Notes: a model not told the origin generated them from the sequence alone. Positions 13,877 to 28,035 are shown, counted from the stretch's first letter. The stretch: DNA of 64,000 nt from Eledone cirrhosa (GCA_964016885.1 OZ024741.1:133796001-133860000), one strand, 5' to 3'. Translations and numbers: made by a program.

Positions 13877-14096
13877 CGTTTCTGAATTTGTTTAGCAAGA
13901 TTCTTTATCTGAAATCGTGTGTTGAAACCGATATTGTTATACTTTGGGAGGGTCATGTTGCCAATAAGAAACACACGTACCAGTTGCTTTCACTTCAATT
14001 TATTATATATTTATAAATTTATAAATTTACAAATCTACAAACTTATACATTTCTGGTTGGTTAGTTGGTTCCACAACCAGATAGTTGTTTATATAT

Positions 14097-14141
14097 AGTC
14101 ATAGTCCTTTCGTCACACACTCTGTGACCTCTTCAGTGACT
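14097..14141 (-). ncRNA. Type I minimal hammerhead ribozyme of family B (3' pLTR copy)
   Basis: AGTCA CTGAAGA G GTCACA-gagtg-TGTGAC GAAA GGAC TA TGACT. Confidence 0.85.
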
Positions 14142-14345
14142 GGGGATTCCTTTCTTTGTTTCTGTGCCTTTCCTTTCTTCTGTCCTACGCCATTTTGTTT
14201 CTGTGTGTGTGTTGTGTGCTCAGTTTGCGCATGCGCCACATCCGGGTGTCTGTTTGTGTTTGTGTTCATTTATCTATTTGTTTATTTATTTACATGTTGT
14301 TGGTTGGTTGTTTGTTCTATGTGTGTGTGTGTTTTCATTTTGTCC

Positions 14346-17300
14346 TTAATTGTAAGTTGTGATGTTGCTGTTCCACTCATATTTTCTATTTAATTTTGGA
14401 TGTAATTCTTTTATGCTTACTGCCTCTGTAATTTGCCTAAACATTGCATCTTTTCTGTGTGTGGATTCTATTTTTATTTCTATGTTCTCTAATTTACCCT
14501 TGTGTTCTAGCTTAGCATGTTGGTAGAGTACAGATGATTCTTTATTATCTTGAAGGTCTCGCCAGTGTTCATTTATCCGTTCCCCTATACTACGAGCTGT
14601 CTGACCTATGTACACTATATTTTTGTTTCTACATTGTCCTTCAGTACATCTTATGCTATACACTACATTTCTAGTTTTACAGTTAATATGGGGGCTTATT
14701 TTACAGGTTATACATTTCTTATCTATACATGAGGGTCTTTGGAACGGGTATGTCTTGCTAATAAGTGTTTTTACGGAGGTACCTGGTCTTTCTACTATCT
14801 TAATATTGAGTTTATGTTTATTTAGGGCCCTTCTAAATTTGTAGGCTAGTTCGCCTCTAGGGGTTGTATTGATGAACATTACACTCTGGTATTTATTGCT
14901 ATCATACCATGAGTTTATTCTATTGGCCTTGTTCCTAGTTCTTTCTATTCTATTCCAAAATTTGCTCCTATACAAGGGGCAGGTCCCATTTATGTCATTA
15001 TTTACCATTTTTTCCCATTTGGTTCTGGCTCCTCTATACACTCTGATTCTATCTCTCTGATTGTAGCCAGAGAACTGCATACGGTGGATGAAGTGTTGTA
15101 TGTGTCTCTCTAGTTCTTCGGGGTTGCACATGCGGGACACATTTCTCATCACCCGTACCAAATCCGCAATCAGTATGTTGATTTTGGTATGGTCCGAAAT
15201 GGCCGAGTTTCGGTGGATCAGATGTTTGGAAGTCATGGGTTTGGCATAATGGGAATGGAGGATTTGTTTTTGGTTGTTAATGGTATCTAACCAGAGCTCT
15301 GTGTCTAGTACAGGTAATCGATGGTTGGGGTGTCTACTTGGGTAGTCTATAGTAACTGTAATGCTCTGGTGGATGGAGTTTGCTATTTGCTGGATGCTTT
15401 CCATTGTGTTTTTCTCTAGTTCCTGACTGTTCTCTAGTGGGGGTGTCTTAACTACGATGTTATATCATCTACGTAGCGGGAGTACATTATCAGGGTTAAG
15501 CTGTCTTCTAATTGTTCTTTAAGTTTAAGTTTAAGTCTACTGTCCCACCATACCATGAATAAGTTAGCTATGTCGCCTGCAATGCTAACACCAATGGCTG
15601 CTCCTTCCTCTTGGGCATATGTTTTTCCATTAAATTTGAACATATGTTCCTTAAGGGTTAATTTTATGCTGGCCCCTACCGCATGTGCAATCATTTTCTT
15701 CAGTTCATCGTGGTTTTCGGATGTCCGTATGGCTCTGGTCCACCCGTTCCATCTATCTGTGTGGGTTTTCTTGGCCATTGAGGTAATGGTAGGTGGTCTG
15801 CCTCTTGCTGGTCTTGTAGGGCACAGGTTGCTAAGGTCATAAGTGTCTAGGTAACTATTACTATGGGTAAGCTTAAGTAGAAGTCCCAGCTCACTGGTAT
15901 CAATCCCACGGAACTCAACCTTGCTCTCGCTGATCATTTCTCCACATTTCTCCACAGCAAAATCCACGTCAATAGATGGATACAGGGACACAACATCCAT
16001 ACTGCCTATTATGCAGTTTGTTAGGTCCCCAGATCGGTTACACACGCCGATTCTTCTGAGGAGGTCCTCCGTGCTGTCACATACATCTGGGGACATCTCA
16101 ATGATGGGGCGTATGATCAGGGAGAGGAAGTAGGACAGTCTGTAGTTACTAGCAATGTTAGCTCCACAGACTGGCCGTGTTGGTGGTCCCGCGACAGGGT
16201 CACAGCCCGTTTTGTGGTCTTTTCGAAGCCCATACAACGCCGGTACGTCATTGTTCCAGGCCTGGAAGTTGTTGGGAGTCCTTTTGTTGGGCTGCATTAT
16301 ATTCGTCCACATCACCATATGGGCATTGAGGGCTTTTTCTCTATCCTCATGCTCCTGTGGTGTTACCTCTCTTGTGTTAGTGATGTGGGGTTGCATTGCC
16401 TGGATGTAGTTTGGCAGGCTGTCAACCGACATTCTGCCAGACTTGTCTGTTGGAAAGCATGCTATCTCTCCATTACGTGAGCGCTGCATGAGCTTACGCA
16501 AGCCATTTGCAGATTTTTCTCCCAGTTGCTGGGCCTCTATTCTATTATGCTTCTTGCTATACTGTTCTATAATATTTCTAAGTTCGGATCTAGCTATACT
16601 AAATTGTGCTTCTGTTTGTTCATCGACCTGCGACGGCAACTGCGTGCGTTTGTTAAATGGTAAAGTCGTGGCGTGGACTCGTCGCAGGTCGAATGATTTA
16701 TCGGAGGGATTATAAAACGGAGAGTTCCAGGCTGCTGCTTTATGTGTACTAGTGCTATTGTTATTGTTAGTTGTGTTGTTTCTATTTCTATTTCCACCAA
16801 CAGCCTCATGGTTGTTTCTATGTCTCTCATAATTACTCCTGTCTCTTTCCACTGGCTCAATGTTGTTATCTACCCTATTTTGTGTGTCTGTGTGTTCGTC
16901 TTGGTTATTCTCTTTGTCCTTAGTCTCCCTTCTCCTTTTCCTTTTAATCCTATTACTTTCCCTTATTTCTGTGATTTCTGTGCTACTGTCATTACTTGTT
17001 TTCTGTGTCTGTGTGTTTGTTAAGATTGTGGTGGTGGTGAGAGGCATTGAATGCGTGTGTGTTGTTGTTGTTGATGTGTGCTGTTGTTGATGTGTGTTGT
17101 TGTTGTCTCCGTGTGTGTTATCGTTGTTGTGTGTGTTATTATTGTTGTTTGTGTCTGCGTGTCTGTTGTTGTTGTTTCTGGGTATGTTGCTATTGTTGTT
17201 GTTGTTGATATGTGTGTTGTTGTTATTGTTGTTTGTGTCTGTGTGTCTGTTGTTGTTGGGATGTGTGTTGTATATGTGTGTGCGTATATTGTTGCTTTTG

Positions 17301-18054
17301 TTTTTGATGCTCCAGCGTAGTTTTGTAAATGATTTTTCTATTTCTGACAGACAACTAATCAGATTTACCTTCTTGAATGTCGCAAATTTCGGCGGCAAAA
17401 ATAACACAGACATTTCATCATTATCTATTTTTGCGTTCCCATAAATGTTGGTGTTTTTGTTGTTGAACTCTTCTGATAATGAGGTGTCGGCCATGTTGAT
17501 ACCGTCAATTTTGTCGGGATATCTATTGGTATACTCTATAGTATCCTGATTTAGCTTTGCCTGTTTAAGCCACTTTAGTTTCCTGTTAAAGTGCTTATCA
17601 CATTCTTGAGTAATGTACTGTTCTTCAGGGCGTATAAGGCTTATAATATTAGTTTCTCTCTTGGTGTGGTGATTCTAGCTATTTCTTGTATTAGGTTACG
17701 CTTTTGTTTTTCTTGATGACTTAATTCTCTATAGATCTTCTTTTTTATGTTTAGAATTAATGTTCGTTTTAGCCTATCTGCTTGTTTTTTGGTGAGTTGT
17801 AATCTTCTAACGTCGGTATTGATGGTGTAGATTCTGGAAGAGGCACACTGCTTTATGAAGGATAGTTGTCGAGATGTTATGGTTTTTCGTAGACAACAGA
17901 ACATGGTGGTTTTCAGTATCTTGTTAGCCTGGCTAGGGCTTACGATATTTCGTTTCTGAATTTGTTTAGCAAGATTCTTTATCTGAAATCGTGTGTTGAA
18001 ACCGATATTGTTATACTTTGGGAGGGTCATGTTGCCAATAAGAAACACACGCAC
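14346..18054 (-). pseudogene. Full-length PLE polyprotein (about 1230 codons): N-terminal domain, Asn-rich insert, RT, Cys linker, GIY-YIG; two frameshifts (near 17640 and 15455)
   Basis: ORFs 17641..18054, 15452..17494 and 14346..15404; motifs TRPVC, GSMDVVSLYPSI, QEEGAAIG, RYVDD, NVVY, YIGQT. The 15455 shift is one missing A relative to the copy at 37580. Confidence 0.92.
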
Positions 18055-18170
18055 CAGTTGCTTTCACTTCAATTTATTATATATTTATAAATTTATAAAT
18101 TTACAAATCTACAAACTTATACATTTCTGGTTGGTTAGTTGGTTCCACAACCAGATAGTTGTTTATATAT

Positions 18171-18215
18171 AGTCATAGTCCTTTCGTCACACACTCTGTG
18201 ACCTCTTCAGTGACT
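18171..18215 (-). ncRNA. Hammerhead ribozyme of family B (5' pLTR copy)
   Basis: Same sequence as 14097-14141, about 120 nt upstream of the ORF start. Confidence 0.85.
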
Positions 18216-18898
18216 GGGGATTCCTTTCTTTGTTTCTGTGCCTTTCCTTTCTTCTGTCCTACGCCATTTTGTTTCTGTGTGTGTGTTGTGTGCTCAGTTT
18301 GCGCATGCGCCACATCCGGGTGTCTGTTTGTGTTTGTGTTCATTTATCTATTTGTTTATTTATTTACATGTTGTTGGTTGGTTGTTTGTTCTATGTGTGT
18401 GTGTGTTTTCATTTTGTCCTTAATTGTAAGTTGTGATGTTGCTGTTCCACTCATATTTTCTATTTAATTTTGGATGTAATTCTTTTATGCTTACTGCCTC
18501 TGTAATTTGCCTAAACATTGCATCTTTTCTGTGTGTGGATTCTATTTTTATTTCTATGTTCTCTAATTTACCCTTGTGTTCTATCTTAGCATGTTGGTAG
18601 AGTACAGATGATTCTTTATTATCTTGAAGGTCTCGCCAGTGTTCATTTATCCGTTCCCCTATACTACGAGCTGTCTCACCTATGTACACTATATTTTTAT
18701 TTCTACATTGTCCTTCAGTACATCTTATGCTACACACTACATTTCTAGTTTTACAGTTAATATGGGGGCTTATTTTACAGGTTATACATTTCTTATCTAT
18801 ACATGAGGGTCTTTGGAACGGGTATGTCTTGCTAATAAGTGTTTTTACGGAGGTACCTGGTCTTTCTACTATCTTAATATTGAGTTTATGTTTATTTA

Positions 18899-20012
18899 CA
18901 TCGTAGTTAAGACACCCCCACTAGAGAACAGTCAGGAACTAGAGAAAAACACAATGGAAAGCATCCAGCAAATAGCAAACTCCATCCACCAGAGCATTAC
19001 AGTTACTATAGACTACCCAAGTAGACACCCCAACCATCGATTACCTGTACTAGACACAGAGCTCTGGTTAGATACCATTAACAACCAAAAACAAATCCTC
19101 CATTCCCATTATGCCTAACCCATGACTTCCAAACATCTGATCCACCGAAACTCGGCCATTTCGGACCATACCAAAATCAACATACTGATTGCGGATTTGG
19201 TACGGGTGATGAGAAATGTGTCCCGCATGTGCAATCCCGAAGAACTAGAGAGACACATACAACACTTCATCCACCGTATGCAGTTCTCTGGCTACAATCA
19301 GAGAGATAGAATCAGAGTGTATAGAGGAGCCAGAACCAAATGGGAAAAAATGGTAAATAATGACATAAATGGGACCTGCCCCTTGTATAGGAGCAAATTT
19401 TGGAATAGAATAGAAAGAACTAGGAACAAGGCCAATAGAATAAACTCATGGTATGATAGCAATAAATACCAGAGTGTAATGTTCATCAATACAACCCCTA
19501 GAGGCGAACTAGCCTACAAATTTAGAAGGGCCCTAAATAAACATAAACTCAATATTAAGATAGTAGAAAGACCAGGTACCTCCGTAAAAACACTTATTAG
19601 CAAGACATACCCGTTCCAAAGACCCTCATGTATAGATAAGAAATGTATAACCTGTAAAATAAGCCCCCATATTAACTGTAAAACTAGAAATGTAGTGTAT
19701 AGCATAAGATGTACTGAAGGACAATGTAGAAACAAAAATATAGTGTACATAGGTCAGACAGCTCGTAGTATAGGGGAACGGATCAATGAACACTGGCGAG
19801 ACCTTCAAGATAATAAAGAATCATCTGTACTCTACCAACATGCTAAGATAGAACACAAGGGTAAATTAGAGAACATAGAAATAAAAATAGAATCCACACA
19901 CAGAAAAGATGCAATGTTTAGGCAAATTACAGAGGCAGTAAGCATAAAAGAATTACATCCAAAATTAAATAGAAAATATGAATGGAACAGCAACATCACA
20001 ACTTACAATTAA
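18899..20012 (+). pseudogene. Inverted duplicate of the family B RT thumb and GIY-YIG
   Basis: ORFs 18813..19118 and 19122..20012 are near-identical to 14346..15404; premature TAA at 19116-19118. Confidence 0.9.
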
Positions 20013-20216
20013 GGACAAAATGAAAACACACACACACATAGAACAAACAACCAACCAACAACATGTAAATAAATAAATAAATAGATAAATGAACACAAAC
20101 ACACACAGACACCCGGATGTGGCGCATGCGCAAACTGAGCACACAACACACACACAGAAACAAAATGGCGTAGGACAGAAAAAAGGAAAGGCACAGAAAC
20201 AAAGAAAGGAATCCCC

Positions 20217-20261
20217 AGTCACTGAAGAGGTCACAGAGTGTGTGACGAAAGGACTATGACT
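20217..20261 (+). ncRNA. Hammerhead ribozyme of family B (inverted copy)
   Basis: AGTCA CTGAAGA G GTCACA gagtg TGTGAC GAAA GGAC TA TGACT. Confidence 0.85.
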
Positions 20262-20419
20262 ATATATAAACAACTATCTGGTTGTGGAACCAACCAACCA
20301 ACCAGAAATGTATAAGTTTGTAGATTTGTAAATTTATAAATTTATAAATATATAATAAATTGAAGTGAAAGCAACTGGTGCGTGTGTTTCTTATTGGCAA
20401 CATGACCCTCCCAAAGTAT

Positions 20420-20514
<95 letters not shown>

Positions 20515-20620
20515 ATGGAAAATGAAGGAAATTTCTTGGTACAGCAAGATATATTTGATAAAAGAGAATGACTTCATTTGTACATACACTCTTACTGCTC
20601 TACTCCCAGACACCTCTCTT

Positions 20621-20654
<34 letters not shown>

Positions 20655-20889
20655 GTAATAATAATAAAATTGAAGACTAAAATCCAAACAGGGCTCGATA
20701 AGGAAAATATATATCAAATATATAAGAACCGTAGAGCAAATATTTATTAAAATAACAGATTAAAGTTTAAGCAAAGAATCGCTGCTTTCACCCTTAACGG
20801 GATCTTCTGAAACTAACAAAGTCAATCTGTAAACGCAGAACTGGATATTTCAAAAAACGTTGCAACTGCGTTTACAGATTGACTTTGTT

Positions 20890-20940
20890 AATTTCAGAAG
20901 ATCCCGTTAAGGGTGAAAGCAGCGATTCTTTGCTTAAACT
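20890..20940 (+). ncRNA. Hammerhead motif of family C, A4 variant (5' copy; antisense copy at 20764-20814)
   Basis: A(G/A)TTT CAGAAGA T CCC-gttaa-GGG T GAAA GCA-gcgattctt-TGC T T AAACT. Confidence 0.7.
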
Positions 20941-21093
20941 TTAATCTGTTATTTTAATAAATATTTGCTCTACGGTTCTTATATATTTAATATATATTTT
21001 CCTTATCGAGCCCTCTTTGGATTTTAGTCTTCAATTTTATTATTATTACTATTTGGCTCCTTCGGTTGAGCACTCTACTGACTTATATTCATC

Positions 21094-23183
21094 ATGCAGA
21101 AACAACATCTGAATATTTCTACAAAGAACATAGCCGTACCAAGCAGGAAAACATACCTAAAACTCCTGATACAGAAAACAGACGCGTTCATTAAAAGGTT
21201 GCGTTGGCGTGCCTTTTATTTCGATAATCCGCGAAAAGCAGACAACAAACAGGATGAATTTGGATTTAAAACCTATAATAACCCTCCGTAGAACCCAGCA
21301 TTGCTACCCTTCGAAAATGATGTCTTGGAACTCATTCGGAGTATCAAATTTCGGAATAGGAGCAATTCCTTCCAGCAAGACCTGAAGAATAGAATTCGTT
21401 CTATTAAGGATTCTAACGCCGTGCACGTCCATTCCGACAAAACTGACAACCTATATCAAGTGGAGCGCAGTACTTACCATCAACTACTACATAATGCTGT
21501 AACTAAGGATTACCGTAAAACTAATCGGTGTGTCATCAATGAAATCAACGATGCTGGGTTTAAAATCACATCTGATCTCAACATCCTGGACCGGACCGAA
21601 CCTCTGGACCCTATCTCTCCCCACTTTACCCTGAAGATCACAAATCCAATTTTCCGAACAACCCCTCTATTCGGCTTATTAACCCTACGAAGTCCGATTT
21701 AGATAGACTTAGTAAAACGATTCTTGATAGAATTATACCTGAAATTAGAAGTTTGGCCCCTCTCGCACTGTGGAACAATTCTTTCGCGGTGATTGATTGG
21801 TTCAACGGCATATGTAACAAGGAACATTGCCGTTTTATCCAATTCGACATCAACAATTACTACTCCTCCATCACTTTACCACTTCTCCTTAGAGCTATCA
21901 ATTTCGCTAAAACACTCACAGTGGTTAAGGATTTCGAAGTTGATGTCATCCTTAATGCCCGAAAGTCGGTGATTAATTTCGACGACTCTATTTGGATTAA
22001 AAAATCCAATAGTACCCCATTCGACGTGAGTATGGGCGCCAGTGACTCTGCGGAGGTTACTGATCTTATTGGCCTTTTCCTTCTTATTTTCTATCAAGGA
22101 CGAATTCCCCAACGCGGGCGGTGGTTTGTATCGTGACGATGGTCTTTTGACCATGACTAAGTGCGGACCTCGTGCTTGCGACAGGTTCAGAAAAGAACTC
22201 ACAGCCTTCTTTAAAGGCCAATCTCTCGGTCGTTAATTACCTCGACGTTACCCTCAATTTATTGAATGGGTTGTATTACCCGTATAGAAAGCCGAATGAT
22301 ACGCTTAATTACATAAGTAAGCATTCCAACCATCCTGCCAGCATAACCAAAAACCTGGTAAAAAACGTTTCGTTGAGGCTTTCCCGTCTTTCCACCAACG
22401 AGCGCATTTTCAACGACCATTCCACTTATTACAATGAAGCTCTTGCTCGAAGTGGATTTGTCGATATGGTAGCATATACAGAGTACGAAAATAGACCTAG
22501 AAGAAATAGATCCCGTCGCATTTGTTGGTTTAACCCACCATATAATATGGAGGTGGCCACACCATTAGCTAAGATCTTTCTTTCCCTTATTACGAAGCAT
22601 TTTCCCCCTACACATAAATATAGTAAAATTTTTAATAGAAATACTATTAAATTTTCTTACTCTACGACTCCTAACCTTGCACATAACATCACAGCTTCAA
22701 ATTTAGCTAAACTACCTAGCCGTAGGAACACGTGCAACCCTGTAGTTAGTACTAACTATAATTGTAGGAATCGGGCTGATTGCCCCCTATCCGGGAAATG
22801 CCTCTCTAGTAACATTGTCTACAAATGTAAGGTTGTAACACCCACGTCCCGTAGGGCCTACATAGGGTTAACCGCCAATAGTTTCAAGCAGCGTCTTTAC
22901 ATGCATACCCATTCTTTTCGTTACCTTCTAAGAAGGAATATGACGTCACTTTCAGCTTATATCTGGAGTCTAAAAGACAACCACACCCAAGTTACACTGG
23001 GAGATCCTAGCTAGGGGTAGATCGTATAACGGAAATAAAAGACCATGTGACCTCTGCGCCGCTGAGGCCCTGGAAATACTCTACGCCACAGACCACAAAA
23101 AATCTGAGGCAATTTCGGCTTGTAAACATAAATTGCACAAAACTTTCCTGTATTACAGCCCCACGTTATACCCTAACGGATAG
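21094..23183 (+). pseudogene. PLE RT (YRDDGL) plus CxC linker and GIY-YIG, several frameshifts or stops
   Basis: ORF pieces 21094, 21301, 21753, 22042 and 22172; motifs STKNI, RLRWRA, QFDINNYYSSI, MGA, YRDD, WFNPPY, IVY, YIGLT. Confidence 0.92.
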
Positions 23184-24108
23184 CACGATCTATACGTGGA
23201 TATTTTACGTCTTGATGTGGGAGCTAAGTATATGTTTTGTTTATTCCTTTACTTATTTGCATAGGTAAGTATATATTACCCGTATGTTTTGTGAAGGTAT
23301 GTATACCTTCTCGTACGTATATTTGACTGTTTGGCGTATAATTTTTACATATTCTGGTATTTAGGGTTTGGCTATGTGTATACGGGAGTTTTGCGTCTGC
23401 GTGAGTATGCAGGTTCGTACGTATGATGGGTGTGTGTATATGTGTACTTCTTGTTTTAGTTGACTTACGTCTCCGAACATTCGTGTATTTATTTGTAGGT
23501 ATGTGTGTGCGCTTGTTATATACGTATTTATTTACTTATATACGTTTATATAATTATTTATTTATTTGTACACAAGCATACACACACACATATTTATATG
23601 TGCGTGGTTTTGTATACCTATGGTAAGGTTTTGCGTATGCTTGTGTATGTACGTATCTGTTTGCGTGTATGTATTTATTTGTTTCTATTACTTCTGTATT
23701 GTATTTATTTACTTTGTTCTTAACTCTGTAGCGGAGATTCATTTGGTCTCCTAGTTAGAATTTTAGTCTACGACTTTTGCTATACCATTTACGTGGTTTT
23801 GTCTTTGCGTGCTATTGTTCTCCACGGTCCACATATGACTTATTATCTTCGTTTTTTCGTTCATTGCCAGAGAACGTCTCATTGCACCACCTAAGAGAAC
23901 ATTAGTCTACGACCTCTTTTATACCATAAACGTGGTTCTGTCTTTGCGCGTAATGGTTTTTCACCGCTCCTATTAATGACGTATTATTCGTTTTTTCCCG
24001 TTCTTTGCCAGCGAACGTCACCATGAACCAAAGTATCGTCTTCCTGTCTTCCTCCGGTTGCAACGTTTTTTGAAATATCCAGTTCTGCGTTTACAGATTG
24101 ACTTTGTT

Positions 24109-24159
24109 AGTTTCAGAAGATCCCGTTAAGGGTGAAAGCAGCGATTCTTTGCTTAAACT
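24109..24159 (+). ncRNA. Hammerhead motif of family C (3' copy)
   Basis: AGTTT CAGAAGA TCCCGTTAAGGGT GAAA GCA...TGC TT AAACT; three stems close around the core. Confidence 0.72.
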
Positions 24160-24172
24160 TTAATCTATTTTA

Positions 24173-24266
<94 letters not shown>

Positions 24267-25631
24267 GCAGTAGCATTAACATAGAGTGGTTAATAATAGG
24301 AGTACGTATATACGTCATTTGTGACATGTATGAAACAATGTTTCAATTGGTCTTTCCGTTGCTGGTACTATCTGCTGATGATCAGATTAAACCATGTTTC
24401 CATTGGTTTCACCATAGCTGATACTATTTGCCTGTCATCAGATCGAACCAAAGAAATAATGCTTCCATTGATCTTTCCATTGTTCGGTCGCAACTCTTAA
24501 ATAAAGTATTTTACTCAAGAATACAATGCACCCTCCTGTCCGGAAATAGAATCTATAATGTTATGATCTTCAGCGCAACTCCCTAACCACGAGTCCATGC
24601 GATTTCACTTGGTAAACTGGGAAAACCTTTTTGTATAGACAAGATGGTCTCTGTTAGAATGCCTTTGAATATTGAACAGCTCAACAAGGACTGTTTTGAT
24701 TTCAGGTTTTCATGTATACAGTCTATTTCCCAACGGTATGAGTTGGCAGTTATTGACCTCTTGTTGCAAAATTTTCTTAGGGTAGAGCGGTAGGTCTGGA
24801 AATATTTGGAAGACTCATCTAAATAACGCCATTATCCAGATATAGTTTATTATTGTGAAATAATGTCAACGTCAATTCCTCATCTCAAGTAGTAATTGTA
24901 GTTCCGAAAGGGGAGATTATCAGTTCTGACAACCCATCTTCACGCCACAATATCTGATTTACAACCAATTTCTGTTAAACCCACGTATCAAAATTGTTTC
25001 TTTTTCAGACGACATCCACATAACAGAAAACTGTCTTAAGAAATACGAATTAGTTCACTACAGGAAGTAGAACGGTCGTTCGAAACTTTGTTTATTTTCC
25101 ATCAGTTCTTTTATTTGCTATTTATTTATGACAGACTTTGTGGCTCATTTGTCCACAGCAACATTTCTGGAATTACAGCTGCATCGTTTGTACATTAACT
25201 CTCTTCACATGCCAAATTGATTTCCTTGGGAGCTTCACTTGCATTATGCTCTAATCTGAATTCTTATAAGAAGAGAATTCTTATTATGGAGGCGCAGGAA
25301 ATCAATGCTTAGACTACTGTCTCTTGAAATAAGAAGCCGAAGAAACAACAAAGATAGTGAACTAATACAAACTGGATTTTAACAGACTAACTACTTTACA
25401 TATGTATATACCCATTACTTTCAAATGGTTCATATCGAAAAACGATATTTTATGGGATGCGCTCTAATACGCACAAACCAAAAAACAAACACTCACTCAC
25501 ACACGCGCATATATGTATATATATGGATATACATACATACAAACACATGCACACAGGCATATATATACACAGATATGTAACTTTGCATTTATATGACAGT
25601 ACATACATACATACATACATACATACATACA

Positions 25632-25667
<36 letters not shown>

Positions 25668-26397
25668 TACTTACATACATACATGCACTCATACATATTC
25701 ATTTATTCATGCGTACATACATATATACATACATACTTACATGACCACATTCGTAATAGTAGATATATAAATATATACATACATTCATAATAACCCCATT
25801 TTCAAAATTAACAGAAAATGCTTTTACCGCTTTTATTCCAATTCGTATTCAATTTCGGTTTATCAAATTATTGAATACAAATCTTTGCATCACACATGAA
25901 AACCAAAACTCCAAAATACTTCTTTTGATTGTCAACTTATGCGAATAGGAGGCAATGGATTCCGAAATAGGACACACACGTACTCACAAATACATACAGC
26001 TACACAGAGCTAAACACAGGTAAAAGGAGAACTCAACAAAGGTCACGAAATCTCATTTTTTCGTGATACACCAAAAGGAATATAACATAATATATAGCCT
26101 TATATGATCAGTTATAAATATTGATTTCATATATATGTATAAGTAGTTGTATACATATGTATGTATGAATGTTCTTCTGGTTTTATATTTTCACAAATTT
26201 TTTCCCAATAAAGAGAGAGTCGGTTTCTAACATAGACACAAGACTCTCTCATTGGAATTTACACAACATCAACTAGGTAGATTATGTATGCATGCATGTG
26301 TAGATATGGATGTTATTGTATGTGTGGATGTGGATTTTTTTAGTTGTATGTGTGCATGTGTATATGCTTTGCATCTGTACATGTGTACATGCAGTTA

Positions 26398-28035
26398 TTA
26401 GATGCAACATTTTTGGAATGTTTTACATATTTTTACTGTTCCATTAATGGATTGTACTTGTGATTTCCTAACTAGTTGTGTTCTTTCTATTCCTGTGAAG
26501 CCTAGCTTCTCAAGATTTGTATTGAGGCAGCTACTAACATACCCCAGTGCCCCAATAATCACAGGCATAAATCTGAAGGTGTAATCAGGATGGAGTATCT
26601 GCAGATTTCTCATCAGTTCTGCATAAATATTCTCCTTTTCGCTAATCTTTGATATTATATTGGCATCTGCTGGGCAGCTAATTTCCACTACTGTGCATGC
26701 TTTCTTCTCCCTGTCCTATATCATATCTGGTCTGTTATGCCTGCCCTTTATTGGGGTTTTTACTGGAACATTCCACCAGTACTCTTTCATATTATGTACA
26801 TGGATGTCTTCCACATTGCTGTAGCTTTTAATGTGTTTATTATCGGGGCTATCTTTTTTACGAACTGCATTGTACAGTGTTTTGGCCACTACATCATGCC
26901 TCATAGGTAGATACTACCGTGATGACATCTTTGGACAGCTGCTGATGACATGGGTGATATCCTCGATGTTAGTTCTGCAGATTCTGCACTTGTTATCACA
27001 TCTAGGTGTTTTGCCTGCATCCCTATCTCTTTTGTTGAATCAGGTATTTCGTGTTAATCTCCTGTTCTTGGATTACAAAAGCGTATCCTTCAAAGTAGGA
27101 GCCAATATAGCGGTTGTTCGTCCAAGATAGACTACTTTCCTTATCTATATTACTCTCACTCTGGAGCTTCCTGGCAACATATCCATGCATGATTTTTTGC
27201 TGATAGGCATGCAGTTTTTCATCCATGGATTCACTGCGATGGATTCACTGGGTGTGAGTTTTTGATTATCACACAGGGAATATCTCTCAAGGAGTTCCTT
27301 CCCAACTCTCATGATCTTATCTGTTTCATGCAGATAAACTTGCTCGAGAAGCGGGCTCCTACGCTTCGCGGTTCGTAGATGTTGTCGGAGAGATATGATG
27401 CGACATTCAAATGTTGTCTGGACTGATGTTAGGCCTCTGCCTCCCTGCTTACGTTTCAAGTAAAGGTGGTCTATGTCATTGTTGATGTGGAAGTTTCCGG
27501 TGTTGTTCAGTATTTTTCGAATTCCAACATCAACTGCTCGGATTTCGTCTATCGTCCAATTGAGTATTCCAAACGTTGGTGTTAGGACAGGCACAGCAAA
27601 CACATTGTGAGCCACTGTTTTGTTTTGCGCAGAGAGTTCCGATGACCAGATCTTTCTTAATCGGGTGTAGTATTCCCTGGTTACGCGTTCTCTATTACAG
27701 ATACCATTATAGGATATGTTCTCATCTATCCCCAGGTATCTGTAGCAGTCCTCATCAGATATCGGCGAAGCAGTTAGGCCATTGATGACAATGCTGCTAG
27801 ATTGGGTTGTTGTTTTTCCCCGCTTTACAGTCATGTTCATCTGTGATGATGTTATTATTTTCAGTGATCTTGGAGGAATAGGTTCAGGCAGGCTGTATAC
27901 ATCTTATACATCAGGTTCTGGCATGCAATGGGTCGGTAGTTTTTTGCCAAGTGGGTGTCTTTGTTCTTGGGGACCAGTAACGTTTGTGCTAATGTCAACC
28001 ATTCTGGTATCTCCCTTAAGAACTTGTTGGTAGAC
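26398..28035 (-). mobile_element. Degenerate non-LTR element with restriction-like endonuclease (R4/Dong-like), RT core internally deleted
   Basis: Peptides NYRPIACQNLMYK, YRYLGI, LYLKRKQGGRGL, RHDVVAK, HNRPDMI, EISCP and PVIIGALG; no YxDD segment between 27860 and 27840. Confidence 0.8.

Larger units (their letters stand above)
13874..20426 (-). mobile_element. Penelope-like element family B: full-length copy, partial tandem upstream copy and 1.5 kb inverted copy
   Basis: Direct repeat 13872-14824 = 17945-18898. Inverted copy 18899-20426 of about 13933-15459. (TA)n at both ends. Confidence 0.95.
20652..24180 (+). mobile_element. Penelope-like element family C, full-length copy 1 with a 5' fold-back pLTR
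   Basis: Hairpin 20652-20838/20866-21052; direct terminal repeat 20866-20963 = 24085-24180; (TA)n flanks. Confidence 0.95.

Noticed and set aside
15555-17444. Plus-strand ORFs, including hydrophobic V/L/C-rich ones
   Set aside because: They are antisense shadows of the PLE ORF and its AAC-rich insert.
10072-23183. Telomerase or Naiad/Chlamys-type (N-terminal endonuclease, selenoprotein) elements
   Set aside because: GIY-YIG is C-terminal in all four families, and the interruptions I examined are frameshifts or TAA/TAG stops rather than conserved in-frame TGA.
24610-25420. Higher-complexity stretch that might be a host exon or transposase remnant
   Set aside because: There is no ORF of 60 aa or more and no motif I can recognise with confidence.
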